A stretch of 64,000 bases of DNA from Clostridiales bacterium (GTDB lineage: Bacteria > Bacillota > Clostridia > Christensenellales > CAG-138): the NCBI GenBank assembly GCA_004558525.1, contig SFCQ01000005.1, positions 5,224 through 69,223 of the forward strand, given 5' to 3'. A program made the translations under genes and the position numbers. The notes under the pieces are model-generated. The model saw only the letters and a list, made by a program, of their open reading frames with translations, was not told the DNA's origin and did not search any database. Shown here in pieces: positions 54,247-63,731 of this stretch. Positions within the stretch are counted from its first letter, which is position 1. The number at the start of each line of letters is the position of its first letter.

Positions 54247-55575
54247 TTACTTCCTCCTTGCCGCGGCGGCAATTGCGTCCTTAGTGTTCTTGAATGCCGC
54301 GGTCAGCCATCTTCTTGAGGGGCAGGCATAGGAGCAGCAGCCGCACAGTATGCAGTCCATAACGTGGTTGGCTTTTGCGCCTTCAAGGTTGCCGGCATCG
54401 CAAAGATGCTTGAGCTTATACGGGTCAAGACCCATCGGGCAAGCCTCTACGCAGTGCGCGCAGCGGATACATGGCTCCTCAACAACGCTCTTGGCGTCCT
54501 TTTCATTATATACGACAACGCCGCCGTTGGCCTTGGCAATGGGAAGATCCGCATTGGCGGCGCAAACGCCCGTCATGCCTCCGCCCATAACTATCTTGCC
54601 GGCTTCCTCGCTGTAACCACCGCATTCGCCTATCATGTCGGCAACGATGGTGCCTATCCTTACCCTGAGGTTAGCGGGATTTATCACCTTGCCCGTTACC
54701 GTGGTTATGCGCTCTATAAGCGGCTTGCCGTCTATAACGGCATCGGCTATGGCGGCGGCGGTAGCGACGTTGGTGACTATGGTATGCACCTCAATAGGAA
54801 GCTTTCCGCTTGGTACCTGGCGGCCGGTAACGGCGTGTATAAGCTGCTTTTCACCGCCCTGCGGGTACTTGGTGCGAAGCACGGCTATCTCCACCCCTTC
54901 GCGGCCGGCAGCGGCCTTGCGCATAGATTCAACGGCCTCCATCTTGTTGTCCTCTATGGCTATTACGCCGCGCTTTACGCCCAAGGCGCGCATCTCGGCC
55001 CTTAGCCCGTCAACTACCCTTCTCGGCTCCTCTATCATCAGCCTGTAGTCGGCGGTAAGGAATGTTTCGCACTCCGCGCCGTTGAGTATTATAGTGTCGC
55101 AGGTCTTACCCTCCGGAAGGGTGAGCTTTACATGCGCAGGGAAGCTGGCGCCGCCCATGCCGCATATGCCGGCGGCCTTTATTGCCGGGATTATAAGGGA
55201 CGGATCAACGGTTTCCACGTTGCCGTAGCCCTTTAAGCCGTCCACCCATTCGTCAGCAAAGTCATTCTGTATGCATACGCACATAACGGGCGCCGCGCCT
55301 GTGGTGAGCCTCGGCTCAACGGCTGTGACCTCGCCTGAAATGCTGGCATGCACCGGAAGCCCGAGACCGCCGACAGGTTCGCCTATAAGCTGGCCAACCT
55401 TGACATGGTCGCCCTTTTGCACACAGGGCTTGGAGGGAGCCCCAAGGTGCATACTCATGGGTATGACCACCGAATCGGACACGAACGGCCTGATTGGGGC
55501 GTTTCGGGTCGGCAGCTTGCCCTCATGCTGGCTATGCAGAGGGTGTACGCCGCCCTTAAAGGAATACTTTGGCAA
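54247..55575 (-). CDS. rnfC: Rnf complex subunit C
   Basis: FKGGVHP N-terminus, GMGGA(S/T)FP NADH/FMN motif, and two 4Fe-4S motifs at the C-terminus. Start uncertain: TTG at 55575, GTG at 55584 or ATG at 55647. Confidence 0.85.
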   Translation of the reverse strand: MPKYSFKGGVHPLHSQHEGKLPTRNAPIRPFVSDSVVIPMSMHLGAPSKPCVQKGDHVKVGQLIGEPVGGLGLPVHASISGEVTAVEPRLTTGAAPVMCVCIQNDFADEWVDGLKGYGNVETVDPSLIIPAIKAAGICGMGGASFPAHVKLTLPEGKTCDTIILNGAECETFLTADYRLMIEEPRRVVDGLRAEMRALGVKRGVIAIEDNKMEAVESMRKAAAGREGVEIAVLRTKYPQGGEKQLIHAVTGRQVPSGKLPIEVHTIVTNVATAAAIADAVIDGKPLIERITTVTGKVINPANLRVRIGTIVADMIGECGGYSEEAGKIVMGGGMTGVCAANADLPIAKANGGVVVYNEKDAKSVVEEPCIRCAHCVEACPMGLDPYKLKHLCDAGNLEGAKANHVMDCILCGCCSYACPSRRWLTAAFKNTKDAIAAAARRK

Positions 55576-55784
55576 ACAAAGCACCTGCCTTTCGGATCTG
55601 TTGCAGATTTGATTTGATATTTTGACGGAAAAGAATGCGGCGTGCATACTTTTACGCTAAACAAACTGTATTTTCGATATTATAGCACACAATTAACGCA
55701 TAGTGTAGTGTTTAACACTCGTTACTTTTTTAACTTTCAAGCTGCTTGCTATACTTGAGGCCATGATTATGATATGATGCAACT

Positions 55785-56765
55785 ATGATAAACGATTACA
55801 TAAAAAGCTCGGCGCTTGAATTGGGCTTTGCCGGCGTATATATGCTAAGATTGGCCAAGCTTGAGGATTGGCGCGTACATGCGCTCACGCTTGGCACGGA
55901 TCATGGCATGCCGTATGATATATCCATAAAATATCCGGACGCCTTTGCCGTGGCGATGCTGGTATGGGCATATTCGCCGTTTGAAACAAGCGAAAGGATA
56001 AGCCCGTACTATATTGCGAGCAACGCCTCCTACCATGCGGCGAAAAAGCTTGAAGCCAGCCTTAAGCAAAGCGGCTTCAGCGTTGAGCGGGCGTTTGTGC
56101 CGGCAAGGGCGCTTGCGCTTGCAAACGGGCTTGGGCATCAGGGAAAAAACGGTCTTATGAGCATTGCGCCGTATGGAACGAGGATAGTGCTTGAAACGCT
56201 TATAATAAACCAGCCGTGCGAGTTTTCCGTTATAAGCGATACAAATAATATATATAATATAAACTATATACATAAAAAGGAAGAGATTAACGGAATATAT
56301 GAAGAGGCGGCCTGCCCAAGCGGCTGCACGGCATGCATAAACGCCTGCCCCATGGGCGCGATAAGCCAAAACGGGCTTGATGTAAAGCGCTGCATGCGAT
56401 ATATAATGGAGAACGGATATACGGACGAGGTGAGAAAAAAGCAGGCGACTTTCCTTGGGTGCGAGGCATGTCAGAACGTTTGCCCAAAGAACAGCCGCTT
56501 GACAAGGCAAAAGCCTTCTGAAGCCATCAAAAGAGCCTTTGACATAAAAAGGCTGCTCGATGGCGACACAAAGGCGGCAAGGGAGATAGTAGGCCGCAAC
56601 ATAACGGGCAACGGCAGGCTCACTATGGAGGCGATAGCGTTTGCGGCGAGGGACGGCATGTACGAAGGCGAGATAAGGGCGTGCCTCAACTCCCCCTTTG
56701 AGCAGGTGAGGCAGGCTGCAGGCTGGGCGATAAGCGAATATTTCGATAAATTATTGCAACGATAA
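55785..56765 (+). CDS. queG: Epoxyqueuosine reductase QueG-like protein
   Basis: Motifs CPSGCTACINACP and CEACQNVCPKN. C-terminal HEAT-like repeat (VRQAAGWAI). Confidence 0.7.
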   Translation: MINDYIKSSALELGFAGVYMLRLAKLEDWRVHALTLGTDHGMPYDISIKYPDAFAVAMLVWAYSPFETSERISPYYIASNASYHAAKKLEASLKQSGFSVERAFVPARALALANGLGHQGKNGLMSIAPYGTRIVLETLIINQPCEFSVISDTNNIYNINYIHKKEEINGIYEEAACPSGCTACINACPMGAISQNGLDVKRCMRYIMENGYTDEVRKKQATFLGCEACQNVCPKNSRLTRQKPSEAIKRAFDIKRLLDGDTKAAREIVGRNITGNGRLTMEAIAFAARDGMYEGEIRACLNSPFEQVRQAAGWAISEYFDKLLQR

Positions 56766-57019
56766 TGCAAAGCATTGTTACCGAAACATAATTGAAGTTT
56801 GAGACTTTTGTAATACTTCTGTGATGCTTTTTCCCCGCCGATGCTTTATAATAAGCATCAGAAAGAGAGAGCAACCTTTCAAAAACGAGCAAACAACATG
56901 AGACCGGCCCTTCTGAAAAGAGGGGCTGTTTTTTTATGCATTTTTGTTGACTGATAATCGAGTATGGGGTATCCTATCTGATAAGGAAGCCACATAAATG
57001 CCATAGGAGAAAGCCCAAG

Positions 57020-57778
57020 ATGGAAACGGAAAACCGAAAAGCTGATAAGAAAAAAGCTAAGGAGCCTAAGCTCGCTCAGAACATAATGAACTGCGAAGCC
57101 AAAACCTTTATAGGCAAAAGGATCCACATAGTCACAAAGGACGGCGCTACGGGCGCGCAGGCAAGGGCCTTTATGAACAAGCTTGAGTCTGACGGCACCA
57201 TGGAGCAGCTCAAGGCTTTTGCAGCCGAAGAAAAAAACTACATTGCCGGAATATGCACAAACTTCACGTCAAAGGGCTATGATTACTGGGTGGCCGTCGA
57301 GGTGGAGCCGGACATGGAAAGGCCCGAGGGCTTTGAGATGACAGAGACGCCTGAGGGCAGCTACGCCTACTTTGAATGTGAAGGCGGCAGCGAGGAAGCC
57401 ATCGCCAAAAAGTGGGAGGAGGTATACAACAAATGGTTCCCGAAATCGGGTTACAACCACAAGGGCACGCAGGAAATAGAGGTATATCCGGCAGGCGATA
57501 TGGAGGCCGAGGGCTACCGCTGCACGCTGCTGGTTCCCGTCAGGCCGCTTGAAAAGATACCGCTGAGCAAATACAGGCGCAACAGCCTCGGCAGCGCGCC
57601 GTTCATACTGCTGGGCAGCGTTGTGGGCCTGCTGATAGCCGGAAACAAAGCTACGGATACAAAGACGATGCTCATCGCCGCGCTTATCGGCGGCGCGCTT
57701 GCGTGGTTCGTATACGACTACGTTATGAAAAGGCGCAGGCAGAGGGAAGAGGAAAAGGAGCAGGACAGCGACAGATAA
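57020..57778 (+). CDS. GyrI-like (AraC effector-binding fold) protein with a C-terminal TM anchor
   Basis: GyrI-like pattern (..YAYFECEG..W..VY..WFP.SGY..EIEVYP), then a TM helix and a basic tail. Confidence 0.65.
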   Translation: METENRKADKKKAKEPKLAQNIMNCEAKTFIGKRIHIVTKDGATGAQARAFMNKLESDGTMEQLKAFAAEEKNYIAGICTNFTSKGYDYWVAVEVEPDMERPEGFEMTETPEGSYAYFECEGGSEEAIAKKWEEVYNKWFPKSGYNHKGTQEIEVYPAGDMEAEGYRCTLLVPVRPLEKIPLSKYRRNSLGSAPFILLGSVVGLLIAGNKATDTKTMLIAALIGGALAWFVYDYVMKRRRQREEEKEQDSDR

Positions 57779-57832
57779 CGCGGCCTGTGCCTAAACCGCA
57801 AAAGAGCATATGCGCAGCATAAAACCGAGAAA

Positions 57833-57866
57833 CGCCCCTTAACAACCCCAGGGTTATCGACAGACC
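57833..57866 (+). repeat. Intergenic repeat family, copy 3
   Basis: CGCCCCTTAACAACCCCAGGGTTATCGACAGACC, followed by terminator hairpin 57869-57910. Confidence 0.65.
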
Positions 57867-57868
57867 GA

Positions 57869-57910
57869 CACTTGGGGTCAGGTTGAGCGCCTGACCCCAA
57901 GTGCTTTTTA
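57869..57910 (+). terminator. Intrinsic terminator (CACTTGGGGTCAGG-N8-CCTGACCCCAAGTG followed by a T-run)
   Basis: 14-bp perfect stem followed by CTTTTTA. Confidence 0.7.
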
Positions 57911-57921
57911 TGTAAGCTTTT

Positions 57922-58200
57922 TTATTCCGTTTTCAGAAAGCGGGAATAGCCGTTACCGTACTGGACGCAGCGGGAAATCCGGCTAAGGGTAGCTGAGGAG
58001 ATGTCGGACTTGGCCATTACCTGGTTGTAGGTGTTGCCCTCCAGCAGAAGCCTGGCGGCGTAGCACCGCTCGGCCATGTTTTCCAGCTCTTTAACGGTAC
58101 ACAGATCCTCAAACAGCGCCCTGCAGTCGTCCGCACGGTCGATTGACGCGATAAGGGCGTAAAGGTCGTTCAGCTTCTTCTGCCGGACATCCTGCTCCAT
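57922..58200 (-). CDS. YerC/YecD-family TrpR-like DNA-binding protein
   Basis: 92 aa. LCT..E...M..R......L..G.TY...........S.ATLSR..R pattern. Confidence 0.75.
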   Translation of the reverse strand: MEQDVRQKKLNDLYALIASIDRADDCRALFEDLCTVKELENMAERCYAARLLLEGNTYNQVMAKSDISSATLSRISRCVQYGNGYSRFLKTE

Positions 58201-58211
58201 GGAATTCCCTC

Positions 58212-58952
58212 CTAAAATCTTTCCTGTGCTCCCCGCAGAAAGGCCCTGGTCTTTTCGCTGCGCGGATGGTCGAATACGGCTTCGGGGGTACCGGTTTCTT
58301 CAATGACCCCTTCTGCCATATAGATTACCACATCCGCCACGGATTTTGCAAACTCCATTTCATGCGTGACCACGATCATGGTGGTATTCCGCTCCTTAAG
58401 GCCGCGGATAACCCGCAGCACTTCACCCGTCAGCTCCGGATCAAGGGCCGAGGTCGGCTCGTCAAAGCAGAGTACCTCCGGATTCAGGGCCAGGGCGCGG
58501 GCAATGGCTACCCGCTGCTGCTGCCCGCCAGACAACTGCCAAGGGTAGGCGTCAACCTTTTGGGACAACCCCACCTGCTCCAGCAGACTAAGGGCTTTTT
58601 CGCGGATCTCATCTGCCGGATGCTGCTTCAGCAAAGAAGGGGCCAGGGTGACATTTTTCAGCACGGTATACTGGGGGAAAAGGTTGAAATCCTGAAACAC
58701 CAGGCCGAAATGCAGCCGGTTTTGGCGCACCTCTTCTTCGGAATTGCTTAGCAGCTCCTTGCCGTTTATCAGAATCTCTCCGGCATCGGGGGTTTCCAGA
58801 AAGTTCAGGCAGCGAAGCAGGGTGGTCTTGCCGCTGCCCGAGGAGCCGATTATGGAGAGCACCTGACCCTGCTCCAGAGAAAAACTGACGCCCTTGAGCA
58901 CATCGGTGCTTCCAAACCCCTTTTTTAAGTTGTTGACCTGCAAGATTGGCAT
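58212..58952 (-). CDS. Polar amino-acid ABC transporter, ATP-binding protein
   Basis: Walker [10 protein letters not shown], signature LSGGQQQR, Walker [12 protein letters not shown]. Confidence 0.9.
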   Translation of the reverse strand: MPILQVNNLKKGFGSTDVLKGVSFSLEQGQVLSIIGSSGSGKTTLLRCLNFLETPDAGEILINGKELLSNSEEEVRQNRLHFGLVFQDFNLFPQYTVLKNVTLAPSLLKQHPADEIREKALSLLEQVGLSQKVDAYPWQLSGGQQQRVAIARALALNPEVLCFDEPTSALDPELTGEVLRVIRGLKERNTTMIVVTHEMEFAKSVADVVIYMAEGVIEETGTPEAVFDHPRSEKTRAFLRGAQERF

Positions 58953-58956
58953 CCTG

Positions 58957-59598
58957 TCACCCCCTGAAATAGGATAGCTTCTTTTCCAGCTTGCCGAACA
59001 GAACCGTCAGGCCGCCATTGAAAACCAGATAAAAGACACCCGTGTAGAGAAGGGGCCAGAGCAGGCCCTTGCGGATAAACTGCTCGCCGGACCAAATGAC
59101 CTCGTAAATGCCTATCACGCGGGCAAGGGAGGTATCTTTGACAAGGGTGATGACCTCGTTGCTCATGGGGGCGAGGATGCGCTTGATAACCTGAAGCAGC
59201 ACGATTTTCCGGAATATCTGCCCCTTAGTCATGCCCAGCACCTGGCCGGCCTCGTACTGCCCCCTTGGGATGGACTCAATGCCGCCACGGTAGATTTCGG
59301 AAAAATAGCAGGCGTAGTTGATGGAAAAGGCTACAAGTGTGGCCGTGATGCGGGGCATGGCGGTCAGGCCGAGGATAAGGCCGGGGCCGAAGAAAATGAT
59401 TATCAGCTGAAGCATCAGCGGCGTGCCGCGAATGACCCATACAAAGCCCCTGCTCAGTACGCGCAGCGGCGTCCAGCGGCTCATGGAGCCAAAGCAGATG
59501 ACAAGACCCAGCGGGATGGAGAAAGCCAGCGTAAGTATAAAGATTTTCAGGGTTTCCAGGAAGCCGGACATTAGCTCCATAGTCACCGTAAGGAACAT
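58957..59598 (-). CDS. Polar amino-acid ABC transporter permease (His/Glu/Gln/Arg type)
   Basis: EAA-loop region ([14 protein letters not shown]) and 5 TM helices. Confidence 0.9.
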   Translation of the reverse strand: MFLTVTMELMSGFLETLKIFILTLAFSIPLGLVICFGSMSRWTPLRVLSRGFVWVIRGTPLMLQLIIIFFGPGLILGLTAMPRITATLVAFSINYACYFSEIYRGGIESIPRGQYEAGQVLGMTKGQIFRKIVLLQVIKRILAPMSNEVITLVKDTSLARVIGIYEVIWSGEQFIRKGLLWPLLYTGVFYLVFNGGLTVLFGKLEKKLSYFRG

Positions 59599-59656
59599 AA
59601 TCGATTACCTCATGTTGAAATTGAATTGCGCTGCGGCGGGAAGCGCAGCGCAGCGC

Positions 59657-60436
59657 TTATTTAACCAAAGTCAGGCTGTACTTTTCGGCCAGGGCATCCA
59701 GAGTGCCGTCTTCCATGAGCTTGGCCATCACTTCATTGAACTTGGCGGTCAGATCGGAGCCCTTGCGGAAGCCGACGCCGTACTGCTCATCGGTCAGGCT
59801 GATGCCGGAGGACAGGCTTTCATAGCTGGTGCCCGGGCCGGTCATGGCGTTTGCCATGGTGATGTCGATTACGCAGGCGTCTGAGGTTCCTGCGGCCACT
59901 TCCAAAACTGCGGCGCCCTGATCCTGAACGGCAATGTAGCCGTCGATGCCCAGCTCCTTGAGGGCGGCTTCACCTGCGGAGCCGCTCTCCACGGCGAAGG
60001 TCAGACCTGCCAGGCTTTCAACGCTGTCGTAGTCCGCAACCACGTCCGCTTTCATGACGACGACCTGCGCGTTGGTGACGTAGGGATCGGAGCAGCTGGT
60101 ATTCAGGGTGACCTCATCCGTGATGGTCATGCCGTTCCAGATGCAGTCGATGTTATTGGTTTGCAGTTCGTAGAACTTCTTGCCCCAGTCGGAGAGAACG
60201 AAGAATTCCACGTCAACGTCCAGCTCCTTGGCAAAGAGTCGGGCAAATTCGGCGTCGAAGCCGGTCCATTCGCCGTTTTCGTCCTTGTAGTCCATGGGCG
60301 CATAGTCGGTGATGCCGACGATAAGGGTGCCCTTGTCCTGAACGTATTTCAGGTCGGAGCCGGAGGTGGAGGCGCAGCCGGCAAACATGCAGGCGGCAAG
60401 CAGCGCGGGGAGCAGAAGTGCAATGATTTTTCTCAT
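59657..60436 (-). CDS. Amino-acid ABC transporter substrate-binding lipoprotein
   Basis: Lipobox FAGC. SBP_bac_3-type sequence (GFD.EFA...A..L). ATG at 60436 follows GGAAAGGAAAG. Confidence 0.85.
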   Translation of the reverse strand: MRKIIALLLPALLAACMFAGCASTSGSDLKYVQDKGTLIVGITDYAPMDYKDENGEWTGFDAEFARLFAKELDVDVEFFVLSDWGKKFYELQTNNIDCIWNGMTITDEVTLNTSCSDPYVTNAQVVVMKADVVADYDSVESLAGLTFAVESGSAGEAALKELGIDGYIAVQDQGAAVLEVAAGTSDACVIDITMANAMTGPGTSYESLSSGISLTDEQYGVGFRKGSDLTAKFNEVMAKLMEDGTLDALAEKYSLTLVK

Positions 60437-60550
60437 AAATATCTTTCCTTTCCATTTGCGTTTAATGCTTAATGCTCGCATTATACTTTATCACGCTAAA
60501 GTTGTAAAGTGGAATTTGCAAAAATCGATGGAATTTTGTCAACTGCTCAG

Positions 60551-60583
60551 AAAAAAAGCCGGAAGGGCGGCAGCCTTTCCGGC
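60551..60583 (-). terminator. Intrinsic terminator on the minus strand
   Basis: Stem GCCGGAAGGG/CCTTTCCGGC with T7 on the minus strand. Confidence 0.6.
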
Positions 60584-60722
60584 AGGGTGATGTTTTATTG
60601 GCTCTATGTAAATAGTCGGAGGTATACAAGTAATACCCACAGATTTTATTTGAAATGAAGCCTCTGCGGCTTTTAGGTCCAATCCTGTGGAGACTGCGGC
60701 CTAAAAAGTGTTGGCGGCGGTT

Positions 60723-61364
60723 TTAACTGAACATGCCGAGATAATAGTCCAAGGAAGCGCCGGTTACGTCGGTTATGGTTATGTTGGCTATGAACCTGCC
60801 AAGCTTGTGCAGCAGCACATATTGCTTAAAGCTTATGCCGGATACCTCAACATCGAACTCGGCGCAAAGATACTTGTCGGAGCCTATGGCGTATTCTGCG
60901 TTGCCGACGTGGGTGTACTTTGTGCCGTCGTTTGAATCCTCCATCTGGGAAACGATCTCATCCATTATGGCTTGGGTGCTTGCTATGGCGCCGCCGAATA
61001 TATTCACGTTTTCGTACATTATGAATACATTGTCAAAGGAGTCCGGATCCTGAACCAGCGTGTCATACACTATGTCAACGCCGCTTAGATCCTCTCCGGC
61101 CTCACCCACATCGGCTCCCATAAGATCGGCAAGCTCCTCATCGGTGGATACTACCCAGTTTTCCGGTGGGGTGAAGGTGAAGCTGACATAATCGTTGGTG
61201 TAGGAGCCGTTTTGCCATGTGCCTCTTGTAAGCTTGCTGTCAGCAGCGGCCGATACTGTGGCATCGGCATCGGCCTTCCCCTTATTTGTGAGCTTGCTCA
61301 GGCCGCAGCCGGTGAGCGGGACGAGCATTATGAGCGCCAAGGCGGCGGCGATTAGCTTTTTCAT
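60723..61364 (-). CDS. Lipoprotein of unknown function
   Basis: Lipobox LTGC at the ATG at 61364. Host-type ATA-rich codons. Confidence 0.7.
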   Translation of the reverse strand: MKKLIAAALALIMLVPLTGCGLSKLTNKGKADADATVSAAADSKLTRGTWQNGSYTNDYVSFTFTPPENWVVSTDEELADLMGADVGEAGEDLSGVDIVYDTLVQDPDSFDNVFIMYENVNIFGGAIASTQAIMDEIVSQMEDSNDGTKYTHVGNAEYAIGSDKYLCAEFDVEVSGISFKQYVLLHKLGRFIANITITDVTGASLDYYLGMFS

Positions 61365-61453
61365 GAAAATACCCCTTTTTCTTATTGGCACGTTAACGTG
61401 CCTGCATAGGGGCATTATATCATCTAAGCAGCGGCCGGACAAGCCGAAACGGC

Positions 61454-62314
61454 TTATATATCAGCTTCTATATATTTACGGTAGCCCTCCATACCGTCCG
61501 CATTGCTTGGATGGAGGGTCCTTATGCCCATGCCGCGCATGGCGTAAAGCAGCACAAGCGCGCCCGGGATTATGACATCATGCCTTTTTGCGAGCAGGGG
61601 TATCTGCCTTCGCTTTTCGTCGCCTATATCGAATAAGGAGCGCATGAGCCTCTCTATGCTCTCTATGGTAAGGGCGGAGTTTTCCACAGCGTGCGCATCG
61701 TAAGTCTCAAGCCCGAGCGACAGGGCGGCAAGAGTGGTTATCGTACCGCCTACGCCTATCCAATCCTCCATTCTTATTCTGGGGAATACGAAAAGACCTT
61801 CGCAGCTTGAAAACACGGCCTGCTTGAGAGAGCTAAGCTCATTTGAGCCGCATGCGGAGCATATGTCCTTGGCCCTTACGCAGCCCATAGGCGCGCTTGT
61901 TGCAAAGGAGGCGGATACGAGCTGGCATGAGCCGCCGCCAAGGTCGATAAGCCCCCAATCCTCCTTATCGGCTATGCCCGCGCCTATAAGCGCAAGGCGC
62001 GCCTCCTCGTCACCGGAAAGCACGCGCACGGGCATTATGGCTCCGGCAAGGGTCAGGAACCTGCTGCGGCTTTCATCATCGGCATCGCGCACGGCGCTCG
62101 TTGCGTAGGCGTAAGGCTTAAGCCCTTCCTCCGCGGCAAGAGAAGCGAAGAAGCTGAGCGCGTCTATACTGCGCGCTATGGCGGCATCGGAAAGCCTGCC
62201 GGTCTCTACTATGCTCTCGGCAAGCCTTGTGGTGATGAGCCGCTTTTCGCCGCCCCTGCCCAAATACCGTATGGAGTTGCTGCCGATATCTATTACGGCT
62301 GCTTTGCTTGGCAT
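61454..62314 (-). CDS. Ppx/GppA-family phosphatase (N-terminal ASKHA domains only)
   Basis: AVIDIGSNS(I)R start motif and DLGGGS motif. Confidence 0.8.
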   Translation of the reverse strand: MPSKAAVIDIGSNSIRYLGRGGEKRLITTRLAESIVETGRLSDAAIARSIDALSFFASLAAEEGLKPYAYATSAVRDADDESRSRFLTLAGAIMPVRVLSGDEEARLALIGAGIADKEDWGLIDLGGGSCQLVSASFATSAPMGCVRAKDICSACGSNELSSLKQAVFSSCEGLFVFPRIRMEDWIGVGGTITTLAALSLGLETYDAHAVENSALTIESIERLMRSLFDIGDEKRRQIPLLAKRHDVIIPGALVLLYAMRGMGIRTLHPSNADGMEGYRKYIEADI

Positions 62315-62342
62315 CTATTATCCTCCAAAAACATATTGGGCT

Positions 62343-62378
62343 GCCGCCCCTTAGCAACCCCGTGTTCTTCGACAGGCT
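62343..62378 (+). repeat. Intergenic repeat family, copy 4 (more diverged)
   Basis: GCCGCCCCTTAGCAACCCCGTGTTCTTCGACAGGCT. Terminator-like hairpin follows at 62408-62432. Confidence 0.55.
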
Positions 62379-62407
62379 CAAATATAAAACACACTTATAT
62401 AAGTTAT

Positions 62408-62432
62408 AAAAAGTGGAGCAGCTCCACTTTTT
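62408..62432. terminator. Bidirectional terminator-like palindrome AAAAAGTGGAGC-a-GCTCCACTTTTT
   Basis: A-run and T-run flank the stem. Lies downstream of divIC (minus strand). Confidence 0.55.
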
Positions 62433-62453
62433 ATAGCCTGTATTATAACTGTT

Positions 62454-62735
62454 TTAATCCGTTATGTTGAACTTTATATCCTCCGGCAATACAAGCCCCA
62501 GCTTTTCCCTTGCATACTGTATCCGGTATTCCCTGCTCTTGGCGTATTCTATCATGTATTCAAGCCTTTGCTCCTCCGCCTGGAGCTGAGCGTATTGCTC
62601 GTCCAGCTCGGCCTGGCGCGCGGCTATCTCCTTAAGCTTTGCGCTCTGCGATATAAATACTATAGCCGCGAAAGCGACGCATAAAAGCGTCAAAAACGCT
62701 ATGAATCTTGGCGTGACCCTTAGCCTGTGCCTCAT
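62454..62735 (-). CDS. divIC: Septum formation initiator (DivIC/FtsB family)
   Basis: TM helix plus coiled coil (QAELDEQYAQLQAEEQRLE). Conserved yabP-yabQ-divIC order. Confidence 0.7.
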   Translation of the reverse strand: MRHRLRVTPRFIAFLTLLCVAFAAIVFISQSAKLKEIAARQAELDEQYAQLQAEEQRLEYMIEYAKSREYRIQYAREKLGLVLPEDIKFNITD

Positions 62736-62820
62736 GCCGCCCTCGCCTCCATAATAAGATAAGGATAGATACGCAGGTATACCCTTCCATATATATTTAT
62801 AAAGCATACGGGAGCATATT

Positions 62821-63171
62821 TCAAGCCTTATTTTTCCTGTACGCCGCTTTTTTGGACTTTATAAGGGCGTTCAGCTTATGCCTTATGCTTGCGCCTATTA
62901 GCCGCATGGGGAAGCGGCAATACAAAAGCACGCCGAGAAAAATGCATATAACGGAATACAGGCGTATCCTGCCCTCGTCCGCTATAAGAAATATCAATGC
63001 CGCCATGCAGCCCGCCGCAACATAAAAAAGCGCGTCGAACACGGCCGATATGAGCCTGCCTTCGCCAAAGGGCAGCCTTATAAAGGCCGATACATCATAA
63101 ATAAGCCCTATCAGCATGCCGCCGTAAAGCGAGATAAGGCATATGCGTATTTCCTCAGCAACATGGCCCAT
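62821..63171 (-). CDS. yabQ: Spore cortex biosynthesis protein YabQ
   Basis: Small polytopic protein immediately downstream of yabP, with an overlapping stop and start. Confidence 0.65.
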   Translation of the reverse strand: MGHVAEEIRICLISLYGGMLIGLIYDVSAFIRLPFGEGRLISAVFDALFYVAAGCMAALIFLIADEGRIRLYSVICIFLGVLLYCRFPMRLIGASIRHKLNALIKSKKAAYRKNKA

Positions 63172-63464
63172 CAGCGGAACATTCTTGAAAACAGGCTGCC
63201 GCGCTGCTCCTGCGTATCGGTGTACTCAAGGGCGTATATCTCGCCCTCAACTATCACCTGGGCGTCGTCCAGGCTCAGCTTTGTCATGTGCAGGCCGCTG
63301 CCTTCTATCCTGAGCGCGCCAACGTCCGTGACAAGCTCTATTTCAGTTTCGTTGAAGCAATCCACATCCTTTACGCCGCTTACGCTCATAAGCTCGCGCC
63401 CTTCGATATGCACGCTGTGCGTGCGTATGCGCGAGGCCGAGCCTTCTGTGAGGATCCTGTCCAT
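63171..63464 (-). CDS. yabP: Sporulation protein YabP
   Basis: H.V.IEGRE.MSVSGVKDV..FNE..I.L.T..G.L.IEG..LH pattern. ATG at 63464 follows AAGGAGG. Confidence 0.8.
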   Translation of the reverse strand: MDRILTEGSASRIRTHSVHIEGRELMSVSGVKDVDCFNETEIELVTDVGALRIEGSGLHMTKLSLDDAQVIVEGEIYALEYTDTQEQRGSLFSRMFR

Positions 63465-63731
63465 GCAATGCCTCCTTTTGTGCATTTTGGTTATGGACAA
63501 ATATATGCGCTAAATGTACAAAAAATACATAACATGTTCACTTGTTGCCGCTTGACAACGGGCTTGGGTTAACTGTAATATGTATATGTCGGTAAATGAG
63601 GCATACGAATGCCGCAAGTCGTGTTTTAATTCCAACAATATGGGCATAATACTTATAAATGAACTGGTATATACACGATCAGCATAGCACGTTAAAGTTT
63701 ATTTTTGTGCGTTCTTGAAAGGAGCAGCATT

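Noticed and set aside
1075-55005. Many long ORFs antisense to, or out of frame with, the called genes. Examples: 1075-1986(-), 19650-20327(+), 23326-24069(-), 24435-25484(-), 26178-26786(-), 27316-28122(-), 29504-30280(-), 36962-37957(-), 42197-43033(-), 46407-47114(-), 47875-48360(-), 51071-51631(+), 54364-55005(+).
   Set aside because: They are shadow ORFs typical of GC-rich coding DNA. Each lies fully inside a gene with clear family motifs on the other strand or frame. Their translations are low-complexity (Arg/Ala/Pro/His-rich) and they lack RBSs.
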